Below, in pieces: positions 1 through 12,262 of a DNA stretch of 64,000 nt. Under the pieces are notes generated by a model. It saw nothing but the letters and a program-made list of their open reading frames with translations, searched no databases and was not told where the DNA came from. Source of the stretch: Rhina ancylostomus (taxonomy: Eukaryota); NCBI GenBank assembly GCA_030265395.1, contig JARFYF010000084.1:98772773-98836772 (forward strand), in the 5' to 3' direction. How positions within the stretch are numbered: the first letter of the stretch is position 1; every line of letters begins with the position of its first letter. Both the position numbers and the translations under genes were made by a program.

Positions 1-170
1 GGGAGATACATCAAAGAGTCTCAGATAGCAACATGAAAATGTTAGAGAAATGGGAGGGGAAAGGTTAACATTTAGGAGGGAAGGGTTAGATAGTAGAGTA
101 GGATAAAATGTCGGCACAACATTGAGGGCCAGAGGGCCTTTACTGTGCTGTAGTTTTCTATGTTCTAAGT
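1..170 (+). mobile_element. CR1 (HER1-type) LINE 3' tail
   Basis: ...GGCACAACATTGAGGGCCAGAGGGCCTTTACTGTGCTGTAG..TTCTATGTTCT; near-identical to the copy at 6187-6465. Confidence 0.75.
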
Positions 171-1349
171 TTTTAGTGCTGGGCACTGGGTTCTTTCCCT
201 CTCGGGCTTAACAGAACATGTTAGGCTCCTTATTTTTCCATCCAAATGTCTACAGCAGCATTTTACACAGCTTTCAGGAAATGATCCCCACCCCCCTGGT
301 CCATACCCATATTTCCTGGATGTGAAAAGGCAACGTCCTTCACCCAGAGCAAGCAGGACTCTAGGGTTCAGCAGCTGCTGTGCCTGGGGTACTGCAGTGA
401 GGAAGTCTCACCCCAAAACATCCCCAACAACCTTTTGCAGAGACTGCAAAAACTCTGATGGATATTTGATAGTTTTTTTTTTAAATGTTTCTGGCATCTG
501 GAGGTATTTAGAATTATTAACAATGAAGAACTTACAATGTTAATAGTTATTAACCATTTAAAAAGATTAAACCACAGTGTGGGAATGAAGGTAGCTTGCC
601 TTCCACTTTGCACTTAATCCAGAATGAAGTGCTGCACCAGATCCAACCTGGTGCCAGATTCACAAGGCCTCATTAGTGTTAATCGTGGGGCATGACAGCA
701 AGACTGAACTCTGTTACTGGAGGGAAGCCCTGTGGTTGATTGAACTGATAGATTGGGCTTTTCAAATCTGTCAGTAAGTCTGGGCCATCTGTGTTTGACA
801 GGGCATGCCAGAACTATCTGTATCAGTGAGTGAGACCCAGAAAAATGTTAGTTTGGGTATATTTATAAAGTCCTTTGAATATGGATCTCCAAAATTTGCT
901 AAGTTATTCCCATTTTCTGACCCTGAAGTGGATGTAACAGGATAGGGATTGGACCTGGTTACACCAAGATGGCTGTATGCACTTGTAAACTTCAGGAAGA
1001 TGTCTCTAAACTAGCAACCAGTTGTGGAAAAGGCTGGTAATTGATAGCCCTACTGCACAGTCCTTTCAGTAGGAAGAAAGTCAGATGTTCGGCTGTTGGC
1101 CATCTACCCAGACAAAAAAGGGAAGCACTTTACCAAGTCCTGTCAAATTGCAGAAGGCCTACTGAGGCATTTAGTTGAAGCCAGGGTCATCAGAACAATG
1201 TAATAAAGAAATTAGATCAGAGAAAGAATTGATCAGAAAAGTAATTAAGCTACAGGGTATAATGCATATAATGATAATGAGAATTATTTTAAAATGTTAC
1301 ATTACTCATTCACTAAAAATTGTAGACTGTTTTACGATTTATTTCAGAT

Positions 1350-2100
1350 TCAGTATAATAATAGACCAAGGACAGACTGGTTGACTAGGCAGATAGACAA
1401 CTGATAAAGTTTACCGTTAAGAAATGTAAATTGTTGCACTGTGGTAGGAAGAATAAGGCAATAAAACCCAGAGGACAATTCTAAACAAGGCACAAGAATA
1501 GAAGTTTTGGGACTTATGTTAATATTTCATGGAAAATGGTAGGGCAGATTGAGACATTGGTTGTGGGGAGAAAAAAACAAGGTAGTAAAGAGTAAAGAGC
1601 AGGAAATTCATGATGGCCATTTATAAACACTGGCTGAGCTACAGTTGGTCTATTGGAGTATTGTGTCCAGTTCTGGGAGCCACACTTTAGAAAGGATGTG
1701 AAGCCTTTGGTGAGAACACAGGAGAAGTTTAACAAAATGATTCCAAGAATGACAGACTTCTTTTGTTATGGAGATAGACTAGAAAATATGGGGTTGCTCT
1801 TCCTGGGAAAGGAGGAGGTTAGGAGGGGCATTATTAGAGGTATTCAGAATCAAGCAGAATATAGATAGAGAAGAAAGACTGTTCCAATTGGCAAAGGGGA
1901 CAAGAAATAGGGGATATTAAAAGGTAATTGACAAAAGAACCAAAAAAGTAAAGTGAGGAAAAGTGCATTGACACATTGAGTCTTGAAAGCACTGCTGAGG
2001 GGAGTGGTGGGGACAGGTTCAGTTATATTCAAAAGGTTGTTGGATCCACATTTGAAAAGAATTTGCAGGGTCATGGGGAAAATGACACGAGTGTTTCTAT
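1350..2100 (+). mobile_element. Degenerate CR1 LINE 3' fragment
   Basis: ORF2 remnant LEYCVQFW.PHFRKDV...Q.KF.KMIP.M.. Confidence 0.8.
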
Positions 2101-2306
2101 GTACTCCTTCCACACTGTAGCTATTTTGTGGTCTGAAGGAAATGACTTTCACAATCTCAAGATTTGCCCAAACAAGTTACAGCAAATAGAGTACGTTCAA
2201 AGTGACACACTGGCAATAAAAAGACCATGACAAGATAATCTATTCTATATGCAGTTAGTTAAACCTGGTGTCAATGTAATAGTAGAATATATAATAATGA
2301 GATCAC

Positions 2307-2445
2307 CTTGCCAGATGTTCGAACTCCCTTCCACAGGCTGAAGTAAAGGATCACAATAACTACAAATAAGCAACAAGTGAGCTGCCACCTAGGCTTGCCA
2401 ATGTCATGGATCCCGGTACTTTCATGAAGGTGAAGCATTCCACGT
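2307..2445 (-). CDS. slc6a3: Dopamine transporter, fourth coding exon (EL2 end, TM4); gene continues beyond window start
   Basis: acag|A CGT GGA...; [47 protein letters not shown]; donor AAG|GTGATC; 139 bp, phase 2-0. Confidence 0.96.
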
Positions 2446-2787
2446 CTGTTTAGAAACAATTACATAAAGATCTATTTATTTATTTATTCATTTATTTTTA
2501 CACAGACAAGAATGGTTTGGTAATTTTTCTGCACTTTAATATGGTTATCACAAACCCAATGATTAATTTGCATTATAATATACAATGGTAGATACTTCCC
2601 TCTGCAGAGAGGCAGGTTACAATACTATGAACCAGCATGGAAATCTTTACAAGGTTATTTCAAGAAAATGTAGCTTTCATTTTAAGTTGTACAAATAACC
2701 TCAAAGCACTTTTGATTGGAGGTCAAACCTAAAAAATCAGGGGACTGAAATTCCAATCTGGTGAAAACTCAGCATTCTTAAAAGTAA

Positions 2788-2937
2788 CACACAAAACAAG
2801 GAACTCAGCAGGTCAGGCAGCATCTATGGAGGGAAATGGGACAGTTAACTTTTCTATAGATGCAGTCTGACCCACTGAATTCCTCCAGCATTTTGTATGT
2901 TGTTCCAGATTCCTGTATCTGCAGTCTCTTGTGTCTT
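2788..2937. mobile_element. Fold-back Penelope pLTR-derived insertion with 15-bp TSD
   Basis: Two opposite-orientation copies of the pLTR end; CATTCTTAAAAGTAA at 2773-2787 and 2938-2952. Confidence 0.75.
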
Positions 2938-3724
2938 CATTCTTAAAAGTAAACATGTGAATGGTATAGATTTATCAGTAATTATGAATTTCAACTTCAA
3001 AAGACTCAGCACCTGGTGGCATCAAAACATATTGGCCAGCAGCATCCTGATGCAGGGCCCCATGTGGAAAGGTCCCTGGCTGTTGTGGGAGGTTACAATT
3101 GGGGAAGTGTGATAAATATCTCGATAGCTTTAGGAGAGTGTCCTCCATCCTGCAGTCTCAAATAACATTCAGCCAGATTGGGAGGGAACCCACCAAGTCC
3201 CCCTTCGCACAAAACAAGATCAGTTCAAGTATCAGAGCCAAGAAACTCAGCCGGTTAGGTCTCCAGCAAAGTGTTTGTGAGCAGTTGCAAGTTTTTGTAA
3301 ATTTACAGTACCGGCGACATTGAACATATCACATGATTGGCACTGTTTGAACATGCGTTTCATTCATAGCTGGAGTTTAAAAACTGCAGCTAAGAATCCA
3401 TAAATGGGGAAATATTAGGGTCAGTTTGCATTTCAAATACCTCTGGAGTGGTATTTGTTGAGAATCCAGCTGCAAGATAACATTACATTTGAAGAGAACA
3501 GGAAAAGTAGAAAACAGAGTTACAGCCAGATAGGTATTGTAATCGCACCCTAAATTCAACCAATCTTCATGGCAGCTCAGGAAACCACAGAGTCCATAAC
3601 TATTATCCTTATCCTGCAGATCGAGTAGCATGCTTACTGGATTTATGCATCAGGTATAGACATCCAACCACATGCAAAATTACACCTCGTTATCAGCAAG
3701 CAAAGAGTATATCCTTTCTGAAGC

Positions 3725-3990
3725 AATTAGATTTTATATACCTCCTTTACACAGTAAAACACTCCATAACATTTCACAATAACATCTTCAAATAGCATTA
3801 GACACTGAGAAATATAAATGGATATTTGGACAATGAGTCAAGGAATAGGATTCGAGTAGTAGCTTGATAGCATAGAAAGAAGAGGTTTTGTGTAGAAATA
3901 CCAGAACTTGGGGCCAAGCTAGCTGAAGACATGGCTTTTAGTGGTGAAGCTATTCAAGAATCAGGGAAGAGAGCAAAAATGGAGAATAGG
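3725..3990 (-). mobile_element. Old L2-like LINE 3' fragment
   Basis: Resembles, by eye, the reverse complement of the L2-type tail at 34360-34675. Confidence 0.4.
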
Positions 3991-4229
3991 GCCCTTCAAC
4001 AATATGTTCTGCAATAGTAAGTATCAAACATTAAGGGATACAATCCAGAAGGCTGATTTGGCCCAAGCATTCATTTTGGGTTCTGACACAAATACTTAGA
4101 AGGGGTAAGAGATGGGCATGTGCATAAACTAGTGTCCTATTTGTGATTACCGAAGGCAGACAAGAAAAACAGAACAATTTTCTTTCTATATTGCTTATGA
4201 TTGAAAACTAATTCTCAATTATCAGTACT

Positions 4230-5450
4230 GTGATGGAACCAGTCAAACAGAGCTATCAAACACCTCTTCACTAATGACCTGCTCATTGATACCCAGCTTG
4301 GGTTTCACCAGGACCACTCAGCTCCAGATCTCATCACAGCTTTAGTCAAAACATGAACCAAAGAGCTGAATTCCAGGGTTGAGAAGAGTGTCTGTTCTTG
4401 TCATCAAGGTGGCGTTTGACCAAGAGTGGCACCAAAGAGCCCCAGTAGCAGTGAACCCAATGGGCAGACACCCCAAGGGAAGATGATTGTAGTTGCAAGT
4501 TAATTATCCCAGTTGTAGGACACCAAAGCAGGGGTTCCTCAGGGTAGTTTCCTAGGCTCAACCATATTCAGCTGCTTCATGAATAACATTCTTTCCATTG
4601 CAAGGTCCAAAGTGGGGATGGGATGGTCACTCACCTATTGCTCACATAGCACAGTGCTCAATTCCATTCTCAGCTCCTCTGCAAATAAAGCAGTCAGTGC
4701 CTGCATGCAGCAAGAATGAGACAGCACCCAGGCCTAGGTGGAGTAGCATTGTGGAACATTCTTGCCCCAAAAATGTCAGACATTGACTCTTTCAAACAAG
4801 TGCAAGTCTAACTACCTATCCGTGACTTTCAATAAATTACCATTGGCAAGTCCCTCACCATTAACGTCCTGTTGATCACTATTGACTAAAAAGCTCAATA
4901 CCAGAGCAGGTCAGATGCTGGGAATCCTGTGGTGAATGACTCACTTCCCACAAGGCACAAGGCTGTAGCATGGAGCATCCTCCACCTGTCTGGTGGAGTT
5001 CAGATCCAACAGCACTCAAGAAGCTCACAACCATCCAGGACAAAGCAGCTTGCTTGATCAACGCCTTCTCAACCATTCTAAGTACACATACATTAGCTGC
5101 TGTGTGAACTATATGAAAAATGCACTGCAATCACTCTGCCACTGCCACTCTGACAGCACCTTGCAAACCTACCACCCCTCCCACCAACAAGGGCAAGGGC
5201 AGCAGACACAAGGGAATACCATCAGGATCCCCCCCAAAGACACATGCAAACCCGATTTGGAACCATATCTTTGGTTCTCCACTGCCGTTAGATCCAAATC
5301 CTCAAACTCCCTACTTAACAGCACTGTGGGACAACCTTCACTAGAAGGACTGCACTGATTCTAGGTGGTGGTACGCCATTATCGTCCCAAGGGTAACTGG
5401 GGACAGGCAACAAGCACTTATCTTACTGGCGATACCCAGACACTGAGAAA
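4230..5450 (+). mobile_element. Degenerate CR1/L2-group LINE (RT region and 3' tail)
   Basis: Q.GF.Q.HSAPDLITALV and GVPQGS.LG.TIFSCF.N RT motifs with stops. Same family at 39830-41050, 50810-51990 and 38260-38460. Confidence 0.7.
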
Positions 5451-5514
5451 TAGATAAAATGAAAATAAAACAGTCAGTTCATTTTGGTTGATGGTTTGTA
5501 GACTAAATGACATA

Positions 5515-5852
5515 CCTTATACAGGTGTACAAGGTGATAAGAGGAAATAGATTGAGTGGACAGTCAGAGACTTTTTCCTCAGTGTGACAATGGCTAACAT
5601 GAGGGGACAAAATTTTAAGGTGATTGGAGGAAGGTACAAGGGGGATTTCTAGGGTAAGTGTTTTTTTTTTACACATAGGGTGGTGGGTGCGTGGACACAC
5701 TGCCTGCAAAGGTTGTGGGGGCAGATACATTAGGGGCATTTAAGAGACTCTCAGATAGACACATGAATGATAGAGAAATAGGGGGCCATGTGGGAGGGAA
5801 CGGTTAGATAGATCTTAGAGCAGGATAAAATGGACACAACAATTTGTAAGGT
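5515..5852 (+). mobile_element. CR1 (HER1-type) LINE 3' fragment
   Basis: L.QVYK.IRG.D...FFT.RVV..W ORF2 C-terminus plus tail. Confidence 0.8.
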
Positions 5853-6086
5853 GTCAGAAAAGAGGGTATAGTAGCTTTTAAAAAATTTCTAATCTGCAAA
5901 TATCGAAAAAAATGTGATCTAGGCAATTTGTATTTGTTCGACAATTGTTCAAAAGATGAAAAACAGTTATCAATAAATAGATCACGAAAGCATACTATTC
6001 CCTTCCTTGTCCATATGGAAAAAGCTGAGTCAACTCTGGATGGATAAAAGAAAAAATTAGATTGAATAGGACTTGACAAGTTAAAT
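5853..6086 (-). mobile_element. L1-clade LINE ORF2 C-terminal fragment
   Basis: Open frame WTRKGIVCFRDLFIDNCFSSFEQLSNKYKLPRSHFFRYLQIRNFL, typical of fish L1 ORF2; runs into a gap. Confidence 0.75.
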
Positions 6087-6186
6087 NNNNNNNNNNNNNN
6101 NNNNNNNNNNNNNNNNNNNNNNNNNNNNNNNNNNNNNNNNNNNNNNNNNNNNNNNNNNNNNNNNNNNNNNNNNNNNNNNNNNNNNN

Positions 6187-6465
6187 ACAAAATTTTAAGG
6201 TGATTGGAGGAAGGTACAAGGGGGATGTCAGGGTAAGTTTTTTTTTGTATACATAGAGAGTGGTGGGTGTGTGGAATGCACTGCTGGCAGAGGTTGAGGG
6301 GGCAGAAATATTAGGGACATTTAAGAGACTCTCAGACATATGACTGATAGAAAAATGGGGGCTACATGGCAGGGAAGGGTTAGATAGGTCTTAGAGCGGG
6401 ATAAAATGTCGGCACAACATTGTGGGCCGAAGGGCCTGTACTGTGCTGTAATATTTTATGTTCCA
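6187..6465 (+). mobile_element. CR1 (HER1-type) LINE 3' fragment
   Basis: Paralogous to 5607-5850; ends ...GGGCCGAAGGGCCTGTACTGTGCTGTAA. Confidence 0.8.
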
Positions 6466-6782
6466 TACACACTTTGCACCCCTCCACACCCAGACATGGT
6501 AACACATTGAAAATACCTGGGTAATGTTCCAACAACCAACATGTAATAAAAATAATTACAAAATTCAAACTGAAGTGAAGAAACTGGAAAGTTCACTTTC
6601 TGAAAGATAACTGACTTAGCATTTTCATCTGAGGATGGCTACAGGAAATCAAGAACAGCCAATGATAGGCTTCACTGCCTGAATTTTTGCATATTTTCCT
6701 CTGCTAGCCACCTTGATTCTGGACAGCACCATGTGGGAAAATCCAGTCCCATGAACCACAGATCTAAATTAAATGGCAAAAG

Positions 6783-7037
6783 AGACACAAGAGACTACAG
6801 ATGCTGGAACCTGGAGCAACACACTGAACTGCTGGAGGAATGCAGTGAGCTGAGCAGCATCTGTGTGTGGGGTTGGAGGGAAGGAATTGTCAACATTTCA
6901 GGTTAAGACCCTGCATCGGGACTGAGAGTGGAGAGGAAAGATAGCTGGTATAAAGAGGAAAGTGTGCCGGTGGGGGTGGGGGTGGGGCCAGGAGGGGAGA
7001 GATGGGAGCTGGTTGGTGGACCAAAGAGGGGTGTAGG
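6783..7037 (-). mobile_element. Penelope-like pLTR with degenerate hammerhead motif
   Basis: ACACAAGAGACTACAGATGCTGGAA... end; minus strand CAGTC CCGATGC AGGGTCTTAACCT GAAATGTT GAC (6889-6924). Confidence 0.7.
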
Positions 7038-7384
7038 NNNNNNNNNNNNNNNNNNNNNNNNNNNNNNNNNNNNNNNNNNNNNNNNNNNNNNNNNNNNNNN
7101 NNNNNNNNNNNNNNNNNNNNNNNNNNNNNNNNNNNNNNNNNNNNNNNNNNNNNNNNNNNNNNNNNNNNNNNNNNNNNNNNNNNNNNNNNNNNNNNNNNNN
7201 NNNNNNNNNNNNNNNNNNNNNNNNNNNNNNNNNNNNNNNNNNNNNNNNNNNNNNNNNNNNNNNNNNNNNNNNNNNNNNNNNNNNNNNNNNNNNNNNNNNN
7301 NNNNNNNNNNNNNNNNNNNNNNNNNNNNNNNNNNNNNNNNNNNNNNNNNNNNNNNNNNNNNNNNNNNNNNNNNNNNNNNNNNNG

Positions 7385-9300
7385 CCGACCCATTCTTGGC
7401 CTCAACACCACTTTTTCTTCTCTCTCCCTACATCTCTTGATATCCTTTTAGTTTGTTTGTTTATCACCGCCTTGAACAGATTCCGTGACTCCACCTCCAC
7501 AGCTCTCTGGGGTAGAGAATGCCAAAGACTCTCAACCCTTGGAAGAAGTTCCTCTGCATTCCTGTCTTAAATGGGTGACCCCTTTTTCAGGAATTTTGCC
7601 TACTAGTTCTCAATAGGGGAAATCCACCCTCTCAGTATTCACCGTCAATCCTCCTCAGAATATTACACAATTCAATAAGACCAACTCCCATTCTTCTATA
7701 TTATAATGAGGAAAGATCCAGGAGGTTTGGCCTATACTCCTTTGTCAACTCCTTCATTTGAATAATTAACCTGGTGAACCTCCTCTGCACTGCCTTCAGT
7801 ACAAGTATACACCTCTAAACAGGGAGGCCAAAATTGTACATAATACTCCAGGTGTGACCTCAGCTATGCCTTGTAAAATGGCATTAGATCTTCCCTATGT
7901 TTATACTCCCTACCCCTTGCAATAATGGCCAGCATTCCTATTTACTCATCATACCTGCATGTTCTACTCAACTCTGGCAAACTTTTTTTTATAAGACCAT
8001 AGAGAATCTGCTTGATAATTTATAAATGTCCTGTCATTATTTATTTAATAATGAATTCCATCATTTTCCCCAACGACACGTGTATAGTCTGGTTTCTGAC
8101 TCACTCCTTTTTCAGATAGTGGCATTACTTTCGTGGTTTTCCGATCCTCTGGGACCTGCCCAGAATCCAGGGAATTTCTGCAGATTACAAACAGCACATC
8201 CACCATCTCAGCTGCCACTTCTTTTATGACCCTAGGATGCAGATCATTAGATCCAGGGGACCTGTTAACCTTTAATCCCATTACTTTGCCTTGCACTTTT
8301 TCTTTAGTGATAGAGATTGTTTCAAGTTTCTTCCTTCCTGTAACACTGTAATTATCTATTTTTATAGGAACTATTTTGGTGTCTTCTACTATGAATACCA
8401 ATCCAAAAATATTTAGAATCTCTACCACTTCTCTTTTTCCAAAATTAATTCTTTGATACCAACCCCTCTGTGACCAGGGTTTATTTTAACTTTTGCTGAG
8501 ACCTATAATATCTTATTAAGAGTCTACCATCTATAATCTATTTTCCCAGTCCACTTCAGCCAACTCTCTCCTCATACCATTTTAATTGCCTTTATTTAGG
8601 TTTAGGACAGAAGCTTCAGACCAAAGTTTCTTACTCGGAAGTTGAAGTTGTAACTCTACCATTCTATGATCATTCCTTCCTCAAAGATCCTTTAGTATGA
8701 GATCATTACCTTATCCTGTCTTGTTGCACAATGCCAGATCTAGAGTAGCCTTTCCCTGGTTGGTTCCTCAACATATTCCAGATACACCCTGCAAGACACA
8801 TCCTCATTAGCTACCCTTGCTAATTTGATTTGTCCAATCTATATAATTAAAATAACCATTATTATTGTAGTCCAATTCTTACAAGCCTCTTCTCTCTCTT
8901 GATTGCTCTATCCTACAGTGTAGCTGTTGTTAAGGGGCCTATGTACTACTCTCACCAGTGAATTCTTACCCTGACTATTTCATAACTCCACCCAGACCAA
9001 TTCTACATCTGGAGCTTCTGAGTTAATATCATTGCCCACCTCTACAGTGATCTGATCCTTTACTAGTACAGCTATTCCATCTTCTTTTCCTTTGTCTATC
9101 ATTCTGAAATGTCAAATATCCCTGAATATTCAGGTCCCAACAAACATGACTCTGAAATGGCTACAATCATACCCATTTACTTCTGCTGCCATCTCATCAT
9201 GAATGCTGTATGCATTCAGAGAGAGAGCCTTGAACATTAATGTTTCCTTCTTCTGACTTTGGTTGCCAGTGCCCCCTTACACTTTCACTCTCTATTCTTT
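7385..9300 (-). mobile_element. Degenerate CR1 LINE ORF2 (endonuclease to 3' tail, internally deleted)
   Basis: LKVNRSPGSNDLHPRVIKEVAAE..D.L..I..NSLDSGQVPED.K...V.PL (8045-8428). Confidence 0.85.
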
Positions 9301-9356
9301 TCAAATTCACTCAGGCTATTGTTGCCCCTCTCGTTATTTCTATTTGCCTTCCTAAA

Positions 9357-9513
9357 TAGAGGAATGAGAAACTGCAGATGCCAAAATCTAGATGAAAAAC
9401 ACGATGACGCTGGAGGAACTCAGTAGGCCAGGCTGCATCCGCGGAGAAAAGCAGCTGGTCAATGTTTCGGGTCAGGACCCTTCTGAGTTCCTTCAGCATC
9501 AGAGTGTTTCTCA
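9357..9513. mobile_element. Fold-back Penelope pLTR-derived insertion with ~12-bp TSD
   Basis: Arms 9392-9421 and 9485-9514 are inverted; TGCCTTCCTAAA (9345-9356) / TGCTTTCCTAAA (9514-9525); minus strand GGGTC-CT-GACCC GAAAC. Confidence 0.7.
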
Positions 9514-9756
9514 TGCTTTCCTAAACACCCTCTCACCTGAACCCCTGCCTCCTATTTCCAGGTTAGCTATTCTCCCTTCTGAGGTTACAATGGGTTCCCA
9601 GTGCCCCAACAGCATGAGCAACCCTCATCCAGTTAGGACATTGGTCACATACCTGCCTGGACTTGTAGAGGTCCGATTCCCTCTGAAACAGTCCTAAGTC
9701 CTCAGGTACCTAAAGCCTTCTCTCCTACACTGTTTCTCCAGCCGCAGAATCTTTAA

Positions 9757-9875
9757 TAAAACAGAAAATGCTGGAAATATTCAGCAAAGTACCTGGGAAG
9801 AGAGAAAGCAAGTTAATGTTTCAGGTCTATGCAAGATTATCAACCTGAAACATTAACTCAATTCTTCCTCTTCCG
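9757..9875. mobile_element. Fold-back Penelope pLTR remnant
   Basis: Perfect 16-bp inverted repeat AGTTAATGTTTCAGGT (9811-9826) / ACCTGAAACATTAACT (9843-9858). Confidence 0.6.
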
Positions 9876-10269
9876 AGGCACTATTGTTCCAGACATATCA
9901 AATGTTTGAATTAACAAAAAGTACATAGGAGCAATGATCATGAAAATATTCATGAAATATGAACAGCCAAGGGAAGAAGGCAAGAAGAGAGTGTGAAGAA
10001 GAGGCATGTGGAATGATGTAACGTAGTGAAAGAGAGACAGAGACGGAGACCATGAATGCTTCTACTAACTTTCAATTACAGCCCAAGAATTACAACCCCT
10101 CTCAAACTTCCCTGTGACAAAAATTTCTAAGAGGCGACAGTTAAGCACACCTACTCCCACCAATATCAGAACCACTGTTACAGCATAGTAAGAGCAGTAG
10201 CCCAATGCCAATACAATGAAAGACAGCCCATAATACTGAGAGTAATTATGATAACACATTTCTACTTAC

Positions 10270-10501
10270 TCATAATATTCAGCTGCAGGATTGGTTTTAT
10301 ACTCATAATATTTTGTGGATGAGTTCTGCTGGGTAAAGTTGGTGACCTCAGAACAATTGGGACTGTTCCAGTTATTGTTGCAGTGGATCCAAGGAAGCTC
10401 CATTGTAAAGGATGAGAAGAGATAATAGAGAGCCCAGGCGATGATTACATTGTAATAGAAGCCGACGTACAGTGCAATCAAGATAACTGTGAAGCCAACA
10501 C
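10270..10501 (-). CDS. slc6a3: Dopamine transporter, third coding exon (TM3, EL2)
   Basis: ttag|GT GTT GGC...; [50 protein letters not shown]...PAAEYYE; donor GA|GTAAGT; 232 bp, phase 1-2. Confidence 0.97.
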
Positions 10502-10963
10502 CTAAAGCAACGGTGCAGATAACAGGGAATCAATGCCTGGTGTAGTCCCCCATTGCCATTTTGAAAGTAAAACCAAATGGTGTTCTTAAAACTGTAAATA
10601 TCATTTCCTCATATTATAATAAATGGTAAATTGTCTCCAAATGCGGATGACATGGAGAAAACCACTGATGATGATTGCAAAGGTGTAATATGACTGAGGA
10701 CTTTTACAGTGTCACCAAGAGCATCATTCAAGTATTTTACAGCAGCATTTGACACTCAAGATGAGATTATTGTAGGTTATCCAGAGCACACATCTTCATG
10801 ACACCAATTTTGAAGTGATTTTCTTCCATTTGGACTCTGTGCTCACTGCTCACTGCTAGTGGCCGTTAACCATTGAACATAAACAGCAGTTGGCCAACAA
10901 CCCCGAAAGCTGTACAGATCCCAGCTGCTGGCGTTTAGAAGAATGGAGGTAAACACTGTTTTA

Positions 10964-11386
<423 letters not shown>

Positions 11387-11744
11387 TCAATTATTTCCAT
11401 GTTGTTGTTATTAACTATTTTAAGTTATAAACACCCCGCGACTAATTAACATCAATAAAACAATCAATTCTAAATTAGATTCGGTTAAATAACTTAATAC
11501 AAATTAGGAAGTGATCGGAAAAGGGAGCATGCCCGAGCAGAGAATAGTCTCTCTGATTTACTGCCCAGCCTCTCGGATAGTAGGTCAAACTATTAAACAA
11601 TCATCATTCCCTTTCGTGGCCTGTTCCTGGACATTCCTATCCGAGATGCTCTTAGCACGCATTTAAAGACTATGCACATTTTCTTTGCCGATTGGGAAAG
11701 AGGCTAAGAGTCAGTAGCAATGGAATATTAACCGACCACCTCTC

Positions 11745-11945
11745 CCCTGGACTTTTGTGTCTTTGTTTTGTTTTTGCACCAAGGTCCTGCGTTTGCAGTT
11801 TCCTCCAGCCCCCACTGTATGGTGTAATTTTATATATAATTTATATCCTGTGTGCTGTCTGTCCCTACGTGCCTGTGATGCTGCTGCAAGTCTTTCATTG
11901 TACTGTACCTCCCGTTCTTGTGCACACGACAATAACCTCGATTTA
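11745..11945 (+). mobile_element. Rex1/Babar-type LINE 3' tail
   Basis: GTGCCTGTGATGCTGCTGCAAG..TTTCATTGTAC...TGTGCACACGACAATAA tail, ending ~22 bp from the slc6a3 donor. Confidence 0.6.
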
Positions 11946-11967
11946 GTACGAGGATAACGTTTCCTAC

Positions 11968-12262
11968 CTCCACCGTTGCGATAACAGAGATAAGGAAATC
12001 TCCAGACATTGGCCAAGTCCACCGCAAAGCCGACAACCGAGAGGAGGAAGTCGATCTTCTTGGCCCAGGTCTCCCTAAACTGGGTCTCACCGACTCCTTC
12101 ACCCGTCGGTTGGGGAGAGCTGACAAGCGTCGAATTGGTAAACTGCACGCCATTCTGTTCCTTCACCAGAATCAGCTCTACCTTCTTGGTCTCCATCCTG
12201 TTGAACTCCTGGGCTGGCGCCACGACTGAAGACATCAGGCCAAGGAATCTCCCTTTGATCAT
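11968..12262 (-). CDS. slc6a3: Sodium-dependent dopamine transporter, first coding exon (N-terminus, TM1)
   Basis: Translates [19 protein letters not shown]...[15 protein letters not shown]...[36 protein letters not shown]. This has the DAT-specific N-terminus and the TM1 Asp of monoamine transporters. In-frame TGA upstream of the ATG; donor G|GTAGGA at 11967; candidate acceptor tgtag| at 12409-12410. Confidence 0.97.

Noticed and set aside
6890-7451. Long ORFs spanning N-runs (also near 16119, 20014-20347, 30535-30825, 32706-32951, 35297-35588, 58071)
   Set aside because: Their length comes from X codons in gaps.
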